Positions 7,842-18,058 of a DNA stretch of 54,206 nucleotides are shown here, piece after piece. The notes under the pieces were generated by a model that was given only the letters and a program-made list of their open reading frames with translations, did no database searches and was not told where the DNA came from. The position numbers and the translations under genes are program-made. Where the stretch lies: assembly GCA_031376995.1 (NCBI GenBank), contig JANMEO010000183.1, forward strand, positions 1 to 54,206. The letters run 5' to 3'. The number at the start of each line of letters is the position of its first letter. Position 1 is the first letter of the stretch. This DNA comes from Burkholderiales bacterium (GTDB lineage Bacteria; Pseudomonadota; Gammaproteobacteria; Burkholderiales; Burkholderiaceae_C).

Positions 7842-8915
7842 ATGCCATCCAGAGTATTTCCCATGAATGCGATTCTTATAAAAGCAACGTTGTTGACATT
7901 CACGCTGTGTCTCTCTCTCACAGCTCAAGGCCAAACCAATGCTCACAAAATTGTGACGGGTCCAGAAACCGGAACCTACATCAAGATCGGTGAAGATCTT
8001 TCCAAGTACGTGGCTCAGCCTGCGGGCATTTCTCTTCTAGTCATCCCATCCAAGGGGTCGGTTGAAAACATCCAACGACTGCGCCATGAGCCTAGGGTTC
8101 GCCTGGCCTTGGCGCAATCCGACGTGTACCGTGCTTATACCAACCTCATGGTTGGCGGCAACGTGGCCGCAGGCAAACTGATCCAACCGCTGCGCGTCGT
8201 GCTTCCCCTTTACAACGAAGAAATTCACGTCGTTGTCCGGGCAGACTCCCCACTGGTTAACTTGCGCGACATTCAAGGCAAGCGAATCAACATCGGGCCA
8301 CTGGGTAGCGGCACCGCCATGACCGCTACCACTCTCTACCAAACCTTGTTTGGCGAGGAAATTCCTGAAAACCTGATCAGCACCGACACCAATGAAGTCG
8401 CCCTTGGCAAGCTGGCCAATGACAACGGCGCCGAAGTGGTTTTTGTCGTTTCAGGGCAGCCTGTGGGTTTATTCACGAACATGAACCCCGGAGTTGAGCA
8501 GCATTTTAAACTTTTGCGATTCGATCGCTCTCACCCTACCGAGCAAGCTGCTGAATCTGTTTACGAATCCACTTTGATTGAGCGTCAAAGCTACCCCAGC
8601 TGGCTTGCCGAAGATCTGCCCAGCTTGGCCACCAAGACCCTGTTGGTCACATACGACTACATCAATCCAGCGACGCGCAAGATGCTGGTGAAGTTCACGC
8701 AAAATCTTTGCAGCCAGTTTCAAACCTTGCAAACCCAAGGGCATGCCAAGTGGCAACAAGTTCGCATTGAGCAGCCCCCGCTAGGCAGAGGATGGCAGTA
8801 TTATGGGGCAACCAAAGCGGTCTTAGACAAATGCATCAACGAAGGTCACTCATCCAGACAACTCGTCTGCTCAGCCGATGATGCGGCCCTAGGTCTTTGT
8901 GGTCCGGCCCGCTGA
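7842..8915 (+). CDS. Periplasmic solute-binding protein, TAXI-family-like (TRAP-type receptor fold), paralog 1
   Basis: Signal peptide (..LCLSLTAQGQ). TAXI-like N-terminal motif IVTGPETGTYIKIGEDLSKY...SKGSVENIQRL...LALAQSDVY and GKRINIGPLGSGT. Alternative start at 7863. Confidence 0.7.
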   Translation: MPSRVFPMNAILIKATLLTFTLCLSLTAQGQTNAHKIVTGPETGTYIKIGEDLSKYVAQPAGISLLVIPSKGSVENIQRLRHEPRVRLALAQSDVYRAYTNLMVGGNVAAGKLIQPLRVVLPLYNEEIHVVVRADSPLVNLRDIQGKRINIGPLGSGTAMTATTLYQTLFGEEIPENLISTDTNEVALGKLANDNGAEVVFVVSGQPVGLFTNMNPGVEQHFKLLRFDRSHPTEQAAESVYESTLIERQSYPSWLAEDLPSLATKTLLVTYDYINPATRKMLVKFTQNLCSQFQTLQTQGHAKWQQVRIEQPPLGRGWQYYGATKAVLDKCINEGHSSRQLVCSADDAALGLCGPAR

Positions 8916-9097
8916 GGGCAATTTTTGATCATCACCCAATGCTAATGAAGGGGCGCTGAGACCCACGGGTAATCCCATCTCGCCCCGCGCAGACCCCTGA
9001 CTTGATTGTTCAGCGCCAGATGAAAACGTCAAACATCATCGACCCGCCCCAAGCGACATTAACTTTTTGAGGCTCAAAGACACAGAATTTCTCCGGA

Positions 9098-10156
9098 GTG
9101 TTGTCCATGAATGCCGTTCCTATCAAAATATGTCTTTCAGCATGGGTGCTTTGCACCTCCTTGACAGCCCTAGGTCAAACCGAGTCGCACAAAATTGTGA
9201 CTGGCCCAGAAACAGGAACCTACATCAAGATTGGTGAAGAGCTTTCCAAGTACGTGGCCCAACCTGCAGGCATTTCTCTTCAAGTCCTTCCATCCAAGGG
9301 GTCTGTTGAAAACATCCAACGACTGCGCTATGAACCCAGGGTACGCCTGGCCTTGGCGCAATCCGACGTGTACCGTGCCTATACGAACCTCATGGTTGGC
9401 GGCAACGTGGCAGCAGGCAAACTGATTCAACCCCTGCGCGTTGTCCTCCCACTTTACAACGAAGAAATTCATGTGGTTGTTCGGGCAGACTCTCCAATGG
9501 TTAACTTGCGCGACATTCAAGGCAAGCGAATCAACATCGGGCCGCTGGGTAGCGGCACCGCCATGACCGCAACCACCCTCTACCAAACCTTGTTTGGCGA
9601 ACAAATCCCTGAAAACCTGATCAGCACCGACACCAATGAAGCCGCGCTTGAGAAGCTGGCTAATAACAATGGCTCTGAAGTGGTCTTTGTCGTTTCTGGT
9701 CAGCCTGTGAGTTTATTCACGAACATGAGCCCCGGGGTTGAAGAACATTTCAAACTTTTGCGATTCGACCGCTCTCACCCTACCGAGCAGGCCGCCGAAT
9801 CTGTTTACCAATCCACCTTGATTGAGCGCAAAAGCTACCCGAGCTGGATCACTGAAGATCTGCCCAGCTTGGCTACCAAAACACTGCTGGTCACCTACGA
9901 CTTCAACACCCCAGAGACGCGCCAGATGCTTGTGCAATTCACGCACAGCCTATGCAGCCAGTTCCACACCTTGCAAACCCAGGGGCATGCCAAGTGGAAA
10001 CAGGTGCGCATTGAGCAACCGCCCCTAGGCCGTGGCTGGCAGTACTTCGGACCAACCAAAAATATCCTGAATCAGTGCGCCAACGAGCAAGCGCTGCCTA
10101 ACAACTCCACTTGCTCACGCCAAGATCTCATCTTGGGCTTTTGCAACAGTCGCTGA
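9098..10156 (+). CDS. Periplasmic solute-binding protein, TAXI-family-like, paralog 2 (likely start ATG 9107)
   Basis: Roughly 85-90 percent identical by eye to the 7842-8915 product over the mature domain. The signal peptide and the Cys-containing C-terminal tail diverge. Confidence 0.7.
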   Translation: MLSMNAVPIKICLSAWVLCTSLTALGQTESHKIVTGPETGTYIKIGEELSKYVAQPAGISLQVLPSKGSVENIQRLRYEPRVRLALAQSDVYRAYTNLMVGGNVAAGKLIQPLRVVLPLYNEEIHVVVRADSPMVNLRDIQGKRINIGPLGSGTAMTATTLYQTLFGEQIPENLISTDTNEAALEKLANNNGSEVVFVVSGQPVSLFTNMSPGVEEHFKLLRFDRSHPTEQAAESVYQSTLIERKSYPSWITEDLPSLATKTLLVTYDFNTPETRQMLVQFTHSLCSQFHTLQTQGHAKWKQVRIEQPPLGRGWQYFGPTKNILNQCANEQALPNNSTCSRQDLILGFCNSR

Positions 10157-10172
10157 TTGTCACCCTAAGCGC

Positions 10173-10201
10173 GGAACTGAACCGGCTCCCTCGACCACTC
10201 A
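10173..10201 (+). promoter_or_regulatory. hrp box (HrpL/ECF-sigma type promoter): GGAACT-N16-CCACTCA
   Basis: GGAACT at 10173-10178, a 16-nt spacer at 10179-10194, and CCACTCA at 10195-10201. Intergenic, correctly oriented, about 165 nt upstream of ATG 10367, and near a T3SS cluster. Confidence 0.55.
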
Positions 10202-10366
10202 GCAGTAACAGTTTGTTTTTGTGCCGTTACCAGCCCTCTTATTTTTTCAACATCCAGTCCCTTTTTGTTTGTTTTGCTTTTGCAGACAAACATGAGGGCA
10301 TCTTAGATCTGCCTGAAGTTTACGTTGTGACTTAGTCTACCCAATTTGCCAATCAGAGGCTCGTTC

Positions 10367-11500
10367 ATGTTCAAGTCCCATCTCCCCATTAACGTCCAGT
10401 TATCTTTAAGCCGAAACCTGACAGCCACAGCCTGCTTGGTGCTTGGCTTGACGATGCTGCCGGCCCATGCTCAAGTCACAGGCGAAACAAATGCACGCAG
10501 TTTATTGAAAGAAAACCGAGTTGAAGAAGCTTTGGCAGCGATTGAGACTGAACTCAAAGAGCACCCCCGTGATGGTCCTCTTTGGCTGCTCAAAGGTACA
10601 GCAATGTCAATGAGCGACCGAAAAGACGATGCAGTTCGTCTTTTCAGAAAAATGATCCAAGACAGGATGGAAGTGGCTTCAGCCTATAACAATCTTGCTG
10701 TGATTTATACCGAGCGTGGCGACTTTGAGTCAGCGAAAATTGCTCTGGAGTCAGCGATACGCACCAAGCCTGAGTATGCCGTTGCGCTGCGCAATTTGGG
10801 TAACGTCTACGCCAATTTGGCTGGCATGTCTTACAAGCGCGCCCTTCAGTTGGATGAGTCGGACCACAATCTCTCAGCCAGACTGACGCATCTCGGAGAC
10901 ATGCTTGGGAAAAAATTTGATCAGCGCCTTGGCCCCCCTCAGTTTGCCAATCCAGCGGAGTCTCAAGCGGAATCCGGCAGAGCTCCAACGCGCAGATTTG
11001 ACCCATCAGCCCCACAAGTTGCCAGCGCAGCAGTGGCCGCACCGACCGAACCCGTCATTATTCCCAGCAGGTCTCAGGTTACATCCAAATCTGTTAATAC
11101 CGCCTATGCTCAATATGCGAGTGCTTCTGTGGCCGTTGAGCCGGTTATTATTCCCGCCAAAGCGCCAACCATCATCTCTGGCCAGAATGTGACTCAAAAG
11201 CAGGCCATGGCTTATCCTACCGCCGCCAGATATGCTCAAAACACCAACGTTCATTACGGAAGTGCAGAGCCTTCTCAAGCTGCACGCCAGCCCAACCAGC
11301 CCAGTCTGCCAGTGACATTGCAGTGGAAACAAACCCCTACAAACTCGCTCCCCGCAGTGAGAACGGCGTATTACGTGTCTTCACCAATGGCCACCCCCAA
11401 AGCCCCAGCACCAGTCACCTTGGTCTCCGCTGTCACTGCAGCGACTGTCGGGGTCTATTGTGATGGTGTACGGGTCACAGGTGACAAATGCCCTCCTTGA
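10367..11500 (+). CDS. Secreted/periplasmic TPR-repeat protein with a Pro/Ala/Ser-rich C-terminal half
   Basis: ATG 10367 follows AGAGG. Signal peptide ..CLVLGLTMLPAHA/QV. TPR-like helices (AYNNLAVIYTERGDFESAKIALESAIRTKPEYAVALRNLGNVY). Low-complexity tail with a duplicated EPVIIP motif. The ORF track starts at TTG 10346. Confidence 0.75.
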   Translation: MFKSHLPINVQLSLSRNLTATACLVLGLTMLPAHAQVTGETNARSLLKENRVEEALAAIETELKEHPRDGPLWLLKGTAMSMSDRKDDAVRLFRKMIQDRMEVASAYNNLAVIYTERGDFESAKIALESAIRTKPEYAVALRNLGNVYANLAGMSYKRALQLDESDHNLSARLTHLGDMLGKKFDQRLGPPQFANPAESQAESGRAPTRRFDPSAPQVASAAVAAPTEPVIIPSRSQVTSKSVNTAYAQYASASVAVEPVIIPAKAPTIISGQNVTQKQAMAYPTAARYAQNTNVHYGSAEPSQAARQPNQPSLPVTLQWKQTPTNSLPAVRTAYYVSSPMATPKAPAPVTLVSAVTAATVGVYCDGVRVTGDKCPP

Positions 11501-11521
11501 AAAAAGAGCAGACTTTAGGTA

Positions 11522-11547
11522 GCCCCCATTGATAAAACCTTGGGGGC
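11522..11547. terminator. Hairpin between convergent genes (GCCCCCA-N12-TGGGGGC)
   Basis: 7-bp GC-rich stem between the TPR gene stop (11500) and the EEP gene stop (11555). No clear U-tract. Confidence 0.3.
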
Positions 11548-11554
11548 CATTCCA

Positions 11555-12349
11555 TCAGTCCAAACTTTCTAGCTCAACAATCAAGGGCAAATGGTCTGAC
11601 ATGCGTGCCCAGGCGGGCCCCTTAGGGACATGGCCAGAGACGCAACGGTAACCGCGCATATAAATCCTATCGAGTGAAAACAAGGGGATTTTTGATGGGA
11701 ATGTGCGCATTGCCGGCTGTCCTGGACACACGGCTCGACTCAATCCAATGGCTCGCATCGGAGCGTCGAGTTTCTCACCCCAGTCATTGAAGTCACCGGC
11801 CACCAAAAGCCGATCAGTAGGTGGCACATGAAGTCGAATATAACGAGCCAGACGCTCAACCTGACGCACTCGACTTGCGTGCATCAACCCCAGGTGGGCC
11901 ACGATGGCGTGCACCAAGAGCCCCCTCCAGATCACAGGCACATGCAACAGTCCACGCTGCTCAAACCTGTGGTCTGAAACATCGTGATGGCTGATAGCCC
12001 CCAGGGGCCAGCGCGATAGCAGTGCATTACCGTGCTCACCTTCGCTTGTGACAGCATTGGTCCGGTACGCGACGACGTAGCCCTCTGGAGCCAAAAAATG
12101 TGCCTGCCCAACCTCTGGCCAGCCCATGGATGCACGCCTAAAGTGACGTGCATGCCCATGATGAAAGCCATGGACCTCCTGAAGAAAGACCAAGTCAGCA
12201 TCAAGGCTCTCAACAGCCAAGCCCAGATTGTGAATTTCCAGGCGCTTGGCGGGACCAATCCCGCGCACCCCCTTGTGAATGTTGTAGGTTGCCAGGCGCA
12301 TCAAGCTCTTCTCGGGCATAGATGCAGAGGATGCCTGCGCAGAGGTCAT
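11555..12349 (-). CDS. Endonuclease/exonuclease/phosphatase (EEP) family protein
   Basis: Motifs LATYNIHKG, FLQEV, GDFNDW and SDHLPL. Confidence 0.85.
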   Translation of the reverse strand: MTSAQASSASMPEKSLMRLATYNIHKGVRGIGPAKRLEIHNLGLAVESLDADLVFLQEVHGFHHGHARHFRRASMGWPEVGQAHFLAPEGYVVAYRTNAVTSEGEHGNALLSRWPLGAISHHDVSDHRFEQRGLLHVPVIWRGLLVHAIVAHLGLMHASRVRQVERLARYIRLHVPPTDRLLVAGDFNDWGEKLDAPMRAIGLSRAVCPGQPAMRTFPSKIPLFSLDRIYMRGYRCVSGHVPKGPAWARMSDHLPLIVELESLD

Positions 12350-12361
12350 GGGTGAATGCAG

Positions 12362-12823
12362 CTAGCGATGCGGAAGTTGCAATATGGCTTGAGAGTTAGA
12401 GGGGGAGAAGCACTCACGAGCTGCATCATTCCACCTCATCCAACGGTACTGCAAATGCTCCCGTGGGGCCAGTGAAATTTTCACATCTCGAGGCACTAGC
12501 AAACCAAACACATGCTCCGTATTTTGAGTCACACCCGGGGCGTATCGATGACGCCAAATCGGAAAAATATCGTAGACATGACTCATCCCCCAGTTTTGCA
12601 AAGACTCAGGTGGCACGGCCTGGGAGCCCACTTCAATACCGGTTTCCTCGGCAACTTCTCGCCTCGCCACCGTGGCAAGCGGCTCACTAAGGCTGTCTTT
12701 AGATCCAGTGACGCTTTGCCAAAAACCCGGTTGATCCGCCCGCTCGAGCAGCAATACATCCAGGCCACTGGTGTAGACCACCACCAGAACCGACTCAGGA
12801 ATTTTCAGTGGTCTGCCAGTCAC
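12362..12823 (-). CDS. nudB: Dihydroneopterin triphosphate diphosphatase (NUDIX hydrolase NudB)
   Basis: Nudix box GSKDSLSEPLATVARREVAEETGI and NudB-like FWQSVTGS. Lies immediately downstream of aspS. Confidence 0.8.
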   Translation of the reverse strand: MTGRPLKIPESVLVVVYTSGLDVLLLERADQPGFWQSVTGSKDSLSEPLATVARREVAEETGIEVGSQAVPPESLQNWGMSHVYDIFPIWRHRYAPGVTQNTEHVFGLLVPRDVKISLAPREHLQYRWMRWNDAARECFSPSNSQAILQLPHR

Positions 12824-12838
12824 TGCCCCAACTCCCGC

Positions 12839-14638
12839 TTAGGCTGATGCAGCCTTGCGCAGCCGAATGTGCAGCTCTTTGAGCTGCTTCTCGTCGACAA
12901 GACTTGGCGCATGAGTTAACAAACACTGAGCGCGCTGAGTTTTGGGAAAAGCGATGACATCCCTAATGCTCTCGGCACGCGTCATGAGGGTGACCAAACG
13001 ATCCAAGCCAAATGCCAAGCCCCCATGCGGGGGTGCACCGTACTGAAGCGCATCGAGCAAAAAACCAAACTTCAGCTGGGCATCTTCAGGGCTGATTTTC
13101 AAAGCATCAAACACCTTGCTTTGAACATCGGCTCGGTGGATTCGAATCGAACCACCACCGAGCTCCCAGCCATTGAGCACCATATCGTAGGCCTTAGAAA
13201 TACAACGTCCTGGGTCGGTATCCATCCAATCCTCATGGCCGTCTTTGGGGGCTGTAAATGGATGATGTACCGCGTTCCAGCGATCACCCTCTTCATCGTA
13301 CTCAAACATCGGGAAGTCGACCACCCACAGGGGGGCCCAACAATCATCGAACAAGCCTTGATTTTTTCCAAAATCGCTGTGGCCAATTTTGACGCGCAAA
13401 GCACCCATGGCATCGTTAACCACTTTTTCTTTGTCTGCACCAAAAAAAATCAGATCGCCATTTTGTGCGCCAGTTCGCTTAAGCACCTCAGCAACCGCTG
13501 CATCATGCAGATTTTTGACAATGGGACTTTGTAGGCCTTCACGACCCTTTGCTACATCATTGACCTTGAGCCATGCCAAACCTTTGGCACGGTAGACTTT
13601 GACAAATTCGGTGTACGCGTCAATATCGCCCCTGCTGAGCCCTGTGCTTGCATCGCCCCCGCCAGGCACACGCAAAGCCACCACCCGCCCGCCGGGGGTG
13701 GTGGCTGGACCGCTGAACACTTTGAAGTCCACGCTCTGCATCACATCAGTGAGTTCAGTGAACTCAAGCTTAACGCGCAAGTCGGGCTTGTCCGAGCCAA
13801 ACCGGTGCATGGCATCGGCATAGGTCATCACTGGATAATGTGGCAGTTCGACACCGATGGCCGACTTGAAAACACCGCGAATCATGGTTTCAAACATGCT
13901 GCGGATCTCTTCTTCGCCCAAGAAACTGGTCTCTATATCAATTTGGGTAAACTCTGGCTGTCTGTCAGCGCGCAGATCTTCGTCACGAAAGCACTTGGTG
14001 ATTTGATAGTACCGATCAAAACCGGCGACCATCAGCAACTGTTTAAACAGCTGAGGACTTTGTGGCAATGCAAAGAATTCACCCTCATTGACACGACTTG
14101 GCACCAGGTAGTCTCGCGCCCCTTCAGGGGTGCTTTTCGTCAACATGGGGGTTTCAATGTCAATGAACCCCTTGGCGTCCAAAAACCTTCTTACCTCCAT
14201 GGCCGCACGGTAGCGCAAGATGAGGTTTTTTTGCATGCTCGGACGACGCAGGTCGAGCACGCGGTGGGTTAGGCGTGTCGTCTCAGAAAGATTGTCATCA
14301 TCGAGCTGGAAGGGGGGCGTCACACTGGGATTGAGCACCTCCAGTGACTGACATAAAAGCTCCACCTTGCCGCTTAAAAGGTTGGCGTTCTCTGTGCCTT
14401 CAGGGCGCGCCCGAACGGTCCCGGTGACTTTTAAGCAAAACTCGTTTCTGACACACTCGGCAACTTTGAACATCTCACTCAAATCGGGCTCACACACCAC
14501 CTGCACCATGCCTTCGCGATCTCTCAAGTCAATGAAAATGATGCCGCCAAAGTCTCGCCGCCGATGAGCCCAGCCCATTAAAGTCACATGCTGACCCAGC
14601 AGGGTGTCACTGACCAAACCGCAATACGTTGTTCTCAT
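12839..14638 (-). CDS. aspS: Aspartate--tRNA ligase
   Basis: 599 aa with MRTTYCGLV..., FIDLRDREG, the class II motifs [18 protein letters not shown] and [10 protein letters not shown]. Confidence 0.97.
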   Translation of the reverse strand: MRTTYCGLVSDTLLGQHVTLMGWAHRRRDFGGIIFIDLRDREGMVQVVCEPDLSEMFKVAECVRNEFCLKVTGTVRARPEGTENANLLSGKVELLCQSLEVLNPSVTPPFQLDDDNLSETTRLTHRVLDLRRPSMQKNLILRYRAAMEVRRFLDAKGFIDIETPMLTKSTPEGARDYLVPSRVNEGEFFALPQSPQLFKQLLMVAGFDRYYQITKCFRDEDLRADRQPEFTQIDIETSFLGEEEIRSMFETMIRGVFKSAIGVELPHYPVMTYADAMHRFGSDKPDLRVKLEFTELTDVMQSVDFKVFSGPATTPGGRVVALRVPGGGDASTGLSRGDIDAYTEFVKVYRAKGLAWLKVNDVAKGREGLQSPIVKNLHDAAVAEVLKRTGAQNGDLIFFGADKEKVVNDAMGALRVKIGHSDFGKNQGLFDDCWAPLWVVDFPMFEYDEEGDRWNAVHHPFTAPKDGHEDWMDTDPGRCISKAYDMVLNGWELGGGSIRIHRADVQSKVFDALKISPEDAQLKFGFLLDALQYGAPPHGGLAFGLDRLVTLMTRAESIRDVIAFPKTQRAQCLLTHAPSLVDEKQLKELHIRLRKAASA

Positions 14639-14716
14639 GCGTACACTCCAATTTTAAAAATGAGCTGTGCGACTGTGTCAGGGACTGACATCAAAAAGTT
14701 ACCCCTTTGAGGCCCT

Positions 14717-15385
14717 TTAGCCCAATCGACTGGTTATAGCTGGCGCAGCACTTTTGGGGGGCACCAACTCTGGCGCAACCACACCCATTGAAATCACGTA
14801 TTTGAGAGCAGCATCCACGCTCATGCTCAACTCAATGACCTCAGTTCGCGGCACCATCAGAAAAAAACCCGATGTGGGATTGGGAGTGGTAGGGACATAG
14901 AGGCTGATGAAGTTATCTTGTTGCTGTTGCAAAAAGCGACCGGCCTCGCCGCTAGGCTGCCCCGTGACAAAGGCGATTGTCCAACAGCCTCGTCGAGGAT
15001 ACTCAACCAGCACAGCTTGCCGAAAAGCGTTGCCGTTGCTTGAGAAAAGCGTGTCTGAAACCTGCTTCACTGAGCTGTAAATAGACTTGACGATAGGAAT
15101 CTTCTGCAAGACGCGACTACCTTGACTGAGCCACCATTGACCAAACATGTTGGTCGCAAAAACCCCCGTTACAAACAGACCGAATATCATGACGATCACG
15201 CCCAACCCGGGAATTCTTTTCAGCGCTTCAAGGCTGGAAAAAACAGACACTGGCAAAACCGACTGTCCGGCTGTTAATAACCAAACAAATACACCATCAA
15301 GCAACCCCAGGACCGCTTGCAAAACCCACACCGTGATGGCCAAAGGCAACCATACCAGCAAGCCCGCTAAAAGGTATTTTTTCAC
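14717..15385 (-). CDS. DUF502 family membrane protein
   Basis: N-terminal TM helices and the conserved YVPTTPNPTSGFFLMVP motif. Confidence 0.85.
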   Translation of the reverse strand: MKKYLLAGLLVWLPLAITVWVLQAVLGLLDGVFVWLLTAGQSVLPVSVFSSLEALKRIPGLGVIVMIFGLFVTGVFATNMFGQWWLSQGSRVLQKIPIVKSIYSSVKQVSDTLFSSNGNAFRQAVLVEYPRRGCWTIAFVTGQPSGEAGRFLQQQQDNFISLYVPTTPNPTSGFFLMVPRTEVIELSMSVDAALKYVISMGVVAPELVPPKSAAPAITSRLG

Positions 15386-15768
15386 TCGATTCCTGCAGGT
15401 TTGGCCGTTGATTTTGGGACGGTCGATGGGGACGCTGTCGACGGCACAATCGCAGAGGGTTGCGTTGGGACGGCCGGGGAAGCATCAACTGAAGGTGTTG
15501 AAGGTGTTGAAGGTGTAGAAGCAGCGGGCACCGCATCGCCCTTGGGGGCCGCAGACTCGACTGGATCTGCCGCAGGGGCAGAATTTCCACCTCGAAAGTC
15601 AGTCACGTACCAGCCAGTGCCTTTGAGTTGGAAGCCTGCCGCTGTCACCTGTTTTTTTAAACTCATGGCCCCGCACGATGAGCACTGAATCAGCACAGGA
15701 TCAGACATTTTTTGCAGCGAGTCTTGCGCGTGGCCGCAAGACTCGCAGCGGTAAGCGTAGATCGGCAT
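15382..15768 (-). CDS. FmdB-family putative regulatory zinc-ribbon protein with a Pro/Ser/Thr/Ala tail
   Basis: Start MPIYAYRCESCGH...CSSCG (CxxC...CxxC) at ATG 15768. The ORF-track extension to 15921 has no support. Confidence 0.8.
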   Translation of the reverse strand: MPIYAYRCESCGHAQDSLQKMSDPVLIQCSSCGAMSLKKQVTAAGFQLKGTGWYVTDFRGGNSAPAADPVESAAPKGDAVPAASTPSTPSTPSVDASPAVPTQPSAIVPSTASPSTVPKSTAKPAGIE

Positions 15769-15986
15769 ACGAAGACCTTTAGAGAGTTGAAATTTGAAAC
15801 GATCTAACAAAGTCCAAGATTGTAGATCGGCCAACCAGTCACCCAGGTGATTGGGTTGGTCGATCAAATCAAGGTGATGCTGGGCGCAGCGGCCGATCTT
15901 ACCCATCGACAACGAAATCACCGCATGATCTCACTACCCCCTGCCTGCCATCCTCACCGCCCAAGCGACCCATGAATACAGCATCT

Positions 15987-17522
15987 TCAGGTTGTATGGG
16001 TATACAAAACCAACAGGCCAAACAGCCCCAAGCACAAGGTCAAAGCACTCACCCAGCGCCTCAAGCGTCGATGCTGCAAGATCAGACGCTCAATGAGCCG
16101 CTCATCTGCCGCCGGTTTGGGCCGCAGAGCCTGATGCAATAAACGTGGCAACTCAGGGAACAGCTGCACATAGCGAGGGGCTTCTTTGCGCATACGGGAT
16201 AACAGACCTCGCCACCCCACTTGCTCGTTCATCCAGCGCTCAAGGAACGGCTTGGCGGTCAGCCATAAATCGAGCTCTGGATCCAGTTCACGCCCAAGGC
16301 CCTCGACATTGAGCAGTGTCTTTTGCAGCAGCACCAACTGCGGCTGAATCGCCACATTGAAACGCCGAGAGGCCTGAAACAAACGCAATAGCACCTGACC
16401 CAACGAAATGTCCTTCAGTGGACGATCAAAATGGGGCTCACACACGGCCCGCACCGCCCCTTCAAGCTCATCCACCCTGGTTTCTGGCGGCACCCACCCA
16501 GACTCTAAGTGCAGCTCAGCCACACGCTTGTAATCACGCTGGAAAAAAGCAATGAAGTTTTGCGCCAAATACTCTTTGTCAAATTCAGTCAAGGTTCCCA
16601 CAATGCCAAAATCAAGCGCGATGTAACGACCGAAGGTTTGCGGGGCCAAGCTGACCTGAATGTTGCCAGGATGCATGTCCGCATGAAAAAAGCCATCGCG
16701 AAACACTTGCGTAAAAAAAAGAGTAACCCCGTCACGAGCGAGCTTGGGCACATCGACACCCGCTTCTTTCAACTGGCGAATTTGACTGATCGGCACACCC
16801 TCCATGCGCTGCATGACCATGACGTTGGGGGTGCACCATTGCCAATAGATCTCAGGTATCAAAACCAAGTCCAAACCATTCATGTTACGGCGCAGCTGAG
16901 CCGCATTGGCCGCCTCCCGTACCAAGTCAAGCTCATCATGGAGGTGGTTGCTGAACTCAGCAACCACCTCCCGGGGGCGTAGTCGACGACCGTCGTGAAA
17001 CAACCACTCAGCCCAGCGTGCGATGGTGCGCAACAAAGCCAAATCGTCATCGATCACCGCCAGCATCCCTGGCCGAAGCACTTTAACGGCCACTTTTCGG
17101 CCATCGAGCAAAACTGCAAAATGAACTTGTGCAATCGAAGCACTCGCGACAGCATCGATCTCGAAATCAGAAAAAACATCTTGAATTGAACGCGCAAAAG
17201 CATCCTCGACCAAGGTGCGTGCAGTCAGCCCAGAAAATGGTGGTACACGGTCTTGTAACAGCGCGAGCTCATCGGCCAAATCTGTGGGTAACAAGTCTCG
17301 CCGGGTGGACAGCACTTGACCAAACTTGACAAATACGGGCCCCAGGTGCTCCAACGCCAAGCGCAAACGGACAGCCCTGGTGTGGCGCAAACGGCGCCCC
17401 CATGTGAACAGACGAACCAGGCCACGCAACCACGCCTGATTAAAGTGATCCAAAACAAATTCGTCAAGACCAAACCGACGCACTGTATAGGCAATGACTG
17501 CCAATCGACTCAAATGACGCAT
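15987..17522 (-). CDS. ubiB: Ubiquinone biosynthesis regulatory protein kinase UbiB
   Basis: 511 aa from [22 protein letters not shown], an ABC1/UbiB kinase-like domain ([16 protein letters not shown]) and C-terminal TM helices. The start abuts the ubiJ stop. Confidence 0.93.
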   Translation of the reverse strand: MRHLSRLAVIAYTVRRFGLDEFVLDHFNQAWLRGLVRLFTWGRRLRHTRAVRLRLALEHLGPVFVKFGQVLSTRRDLLPTDLADELALLQDRVPPFSGLTARTLVEDAFARSIQDVFSDFEIDAVASASIAQVHFAVLLDGRKVAVKVLRPGMLAVIDDDLALLRTIARWAEWLFHDGRRLRPREVVAEFSNHLHDELDLVREAANAAQLRRNMNGLDLVLIPEIYWQWCTPNVMVMQRMEGVPISQIRQLKEAGVDVPKLARDGVTLFFTQVFRDGFFHADMHPGNIQVSLAPQTFGRYIALDFGIVGTLTEFDKEYLAQNFIAFFQRDYKRVAELHLESGWVPPETRVDELEGAVRAVCEPHFDRPLKDISLGQVLLRLFQASRRFNVAIQPQLVLLQKTLLNVEGLGRELDPELDLWLTAKPFLERWMNEQVGWRGLLSRMRKEAPRYVQLFPELPRLLHQALRPKPAADERLIERLILQHRRLRRWVSALTLCLGLFGLLVLYTHTT

Positions 17523-17524
17523 GC

Positions 17525-18058
17525 TCAACTTGGCGAGCCAAGGCCCGCCTCGGAGCGAGAAGAGAACGCTGAAAGATGCGTTGCAGCTTCGCGCGCACGC
17601 CGCATGAAAAAGCCACCGACACGAACCAACTCTCCCGCCTTCACAGGCCCCAGCCAAAGCGCCAAGTCGTCTTCGAGGTCCCAACGCAAGTGATCAAACA
17701 ACCAACTGATATCAGAGGCCAGTGCCGCATCGCCAGAGACATCAATTGGGGGGCGGATGCCTTGGGCGGCACCCATGAATAAACTCAGAGGCTGTGAGGC
17801 GTCAAGTACGACACGCAGGTCAGCAACGCCCCCCGGACTGACTGCCTCGATCAGACCCGCGGGCGTAATCACGCCAATCAATGAAGGTAGCTCAGGCCAA
17901 CCCGCCGGGCCAACGCAATCAAACTGAAGGCAGCGCCCCGCATGCGCATGTAAGCGAGCCGTGGGCACAGGCGCTGTGGGCACCATGTTATTGTGCAATA
18001 AGATCAACCGGGACCCGAGTGCTTCAGTAAACCAAGTAGGTATAAGCATGAACGTCAT
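17525..18058 (-). CDS. ubiJ: SCP2-domain ubiquinone biosynthesis accessory protein (UbiJ-like)
   Basis: Lies immediately upstream of ubiB. SCP2-like segment [16 protein letters not shown]...[10 protein letters not shown].. and a C-terminal amphipathic region. Start chosen at ATG 18058 to avoid the divergent gene. Confidence 0.6.
   Translation of the reverse strand: MTFMLIPTWFTEALGSRLILLHNNMVPTAPVPTARLHAHAGRCLQFDCVGPAGWPELPSLIGVITPAGLIEAVSPGGVADLRVVLDASQPLSLFMGAAQGIRPPIDVSGDAALASDISWLFDHLRWDLEDDLALWLGPVKAGELVRVGGFFMRRAREAATHLSAFSSRSEAGLGSPS

Noticed and set aside
15491-15517. 9-bp x3 tandem repeat (GAAGGTGTT), considered as a possible VNTR or regulatory repeat
   Set aside because: It lies in frame within the FmdB-like tail and simply encodes STPSTPSTP. 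It is far too short to be an array, and no CRISPR-like repeat-spacer pattern exists anywhere in the window.
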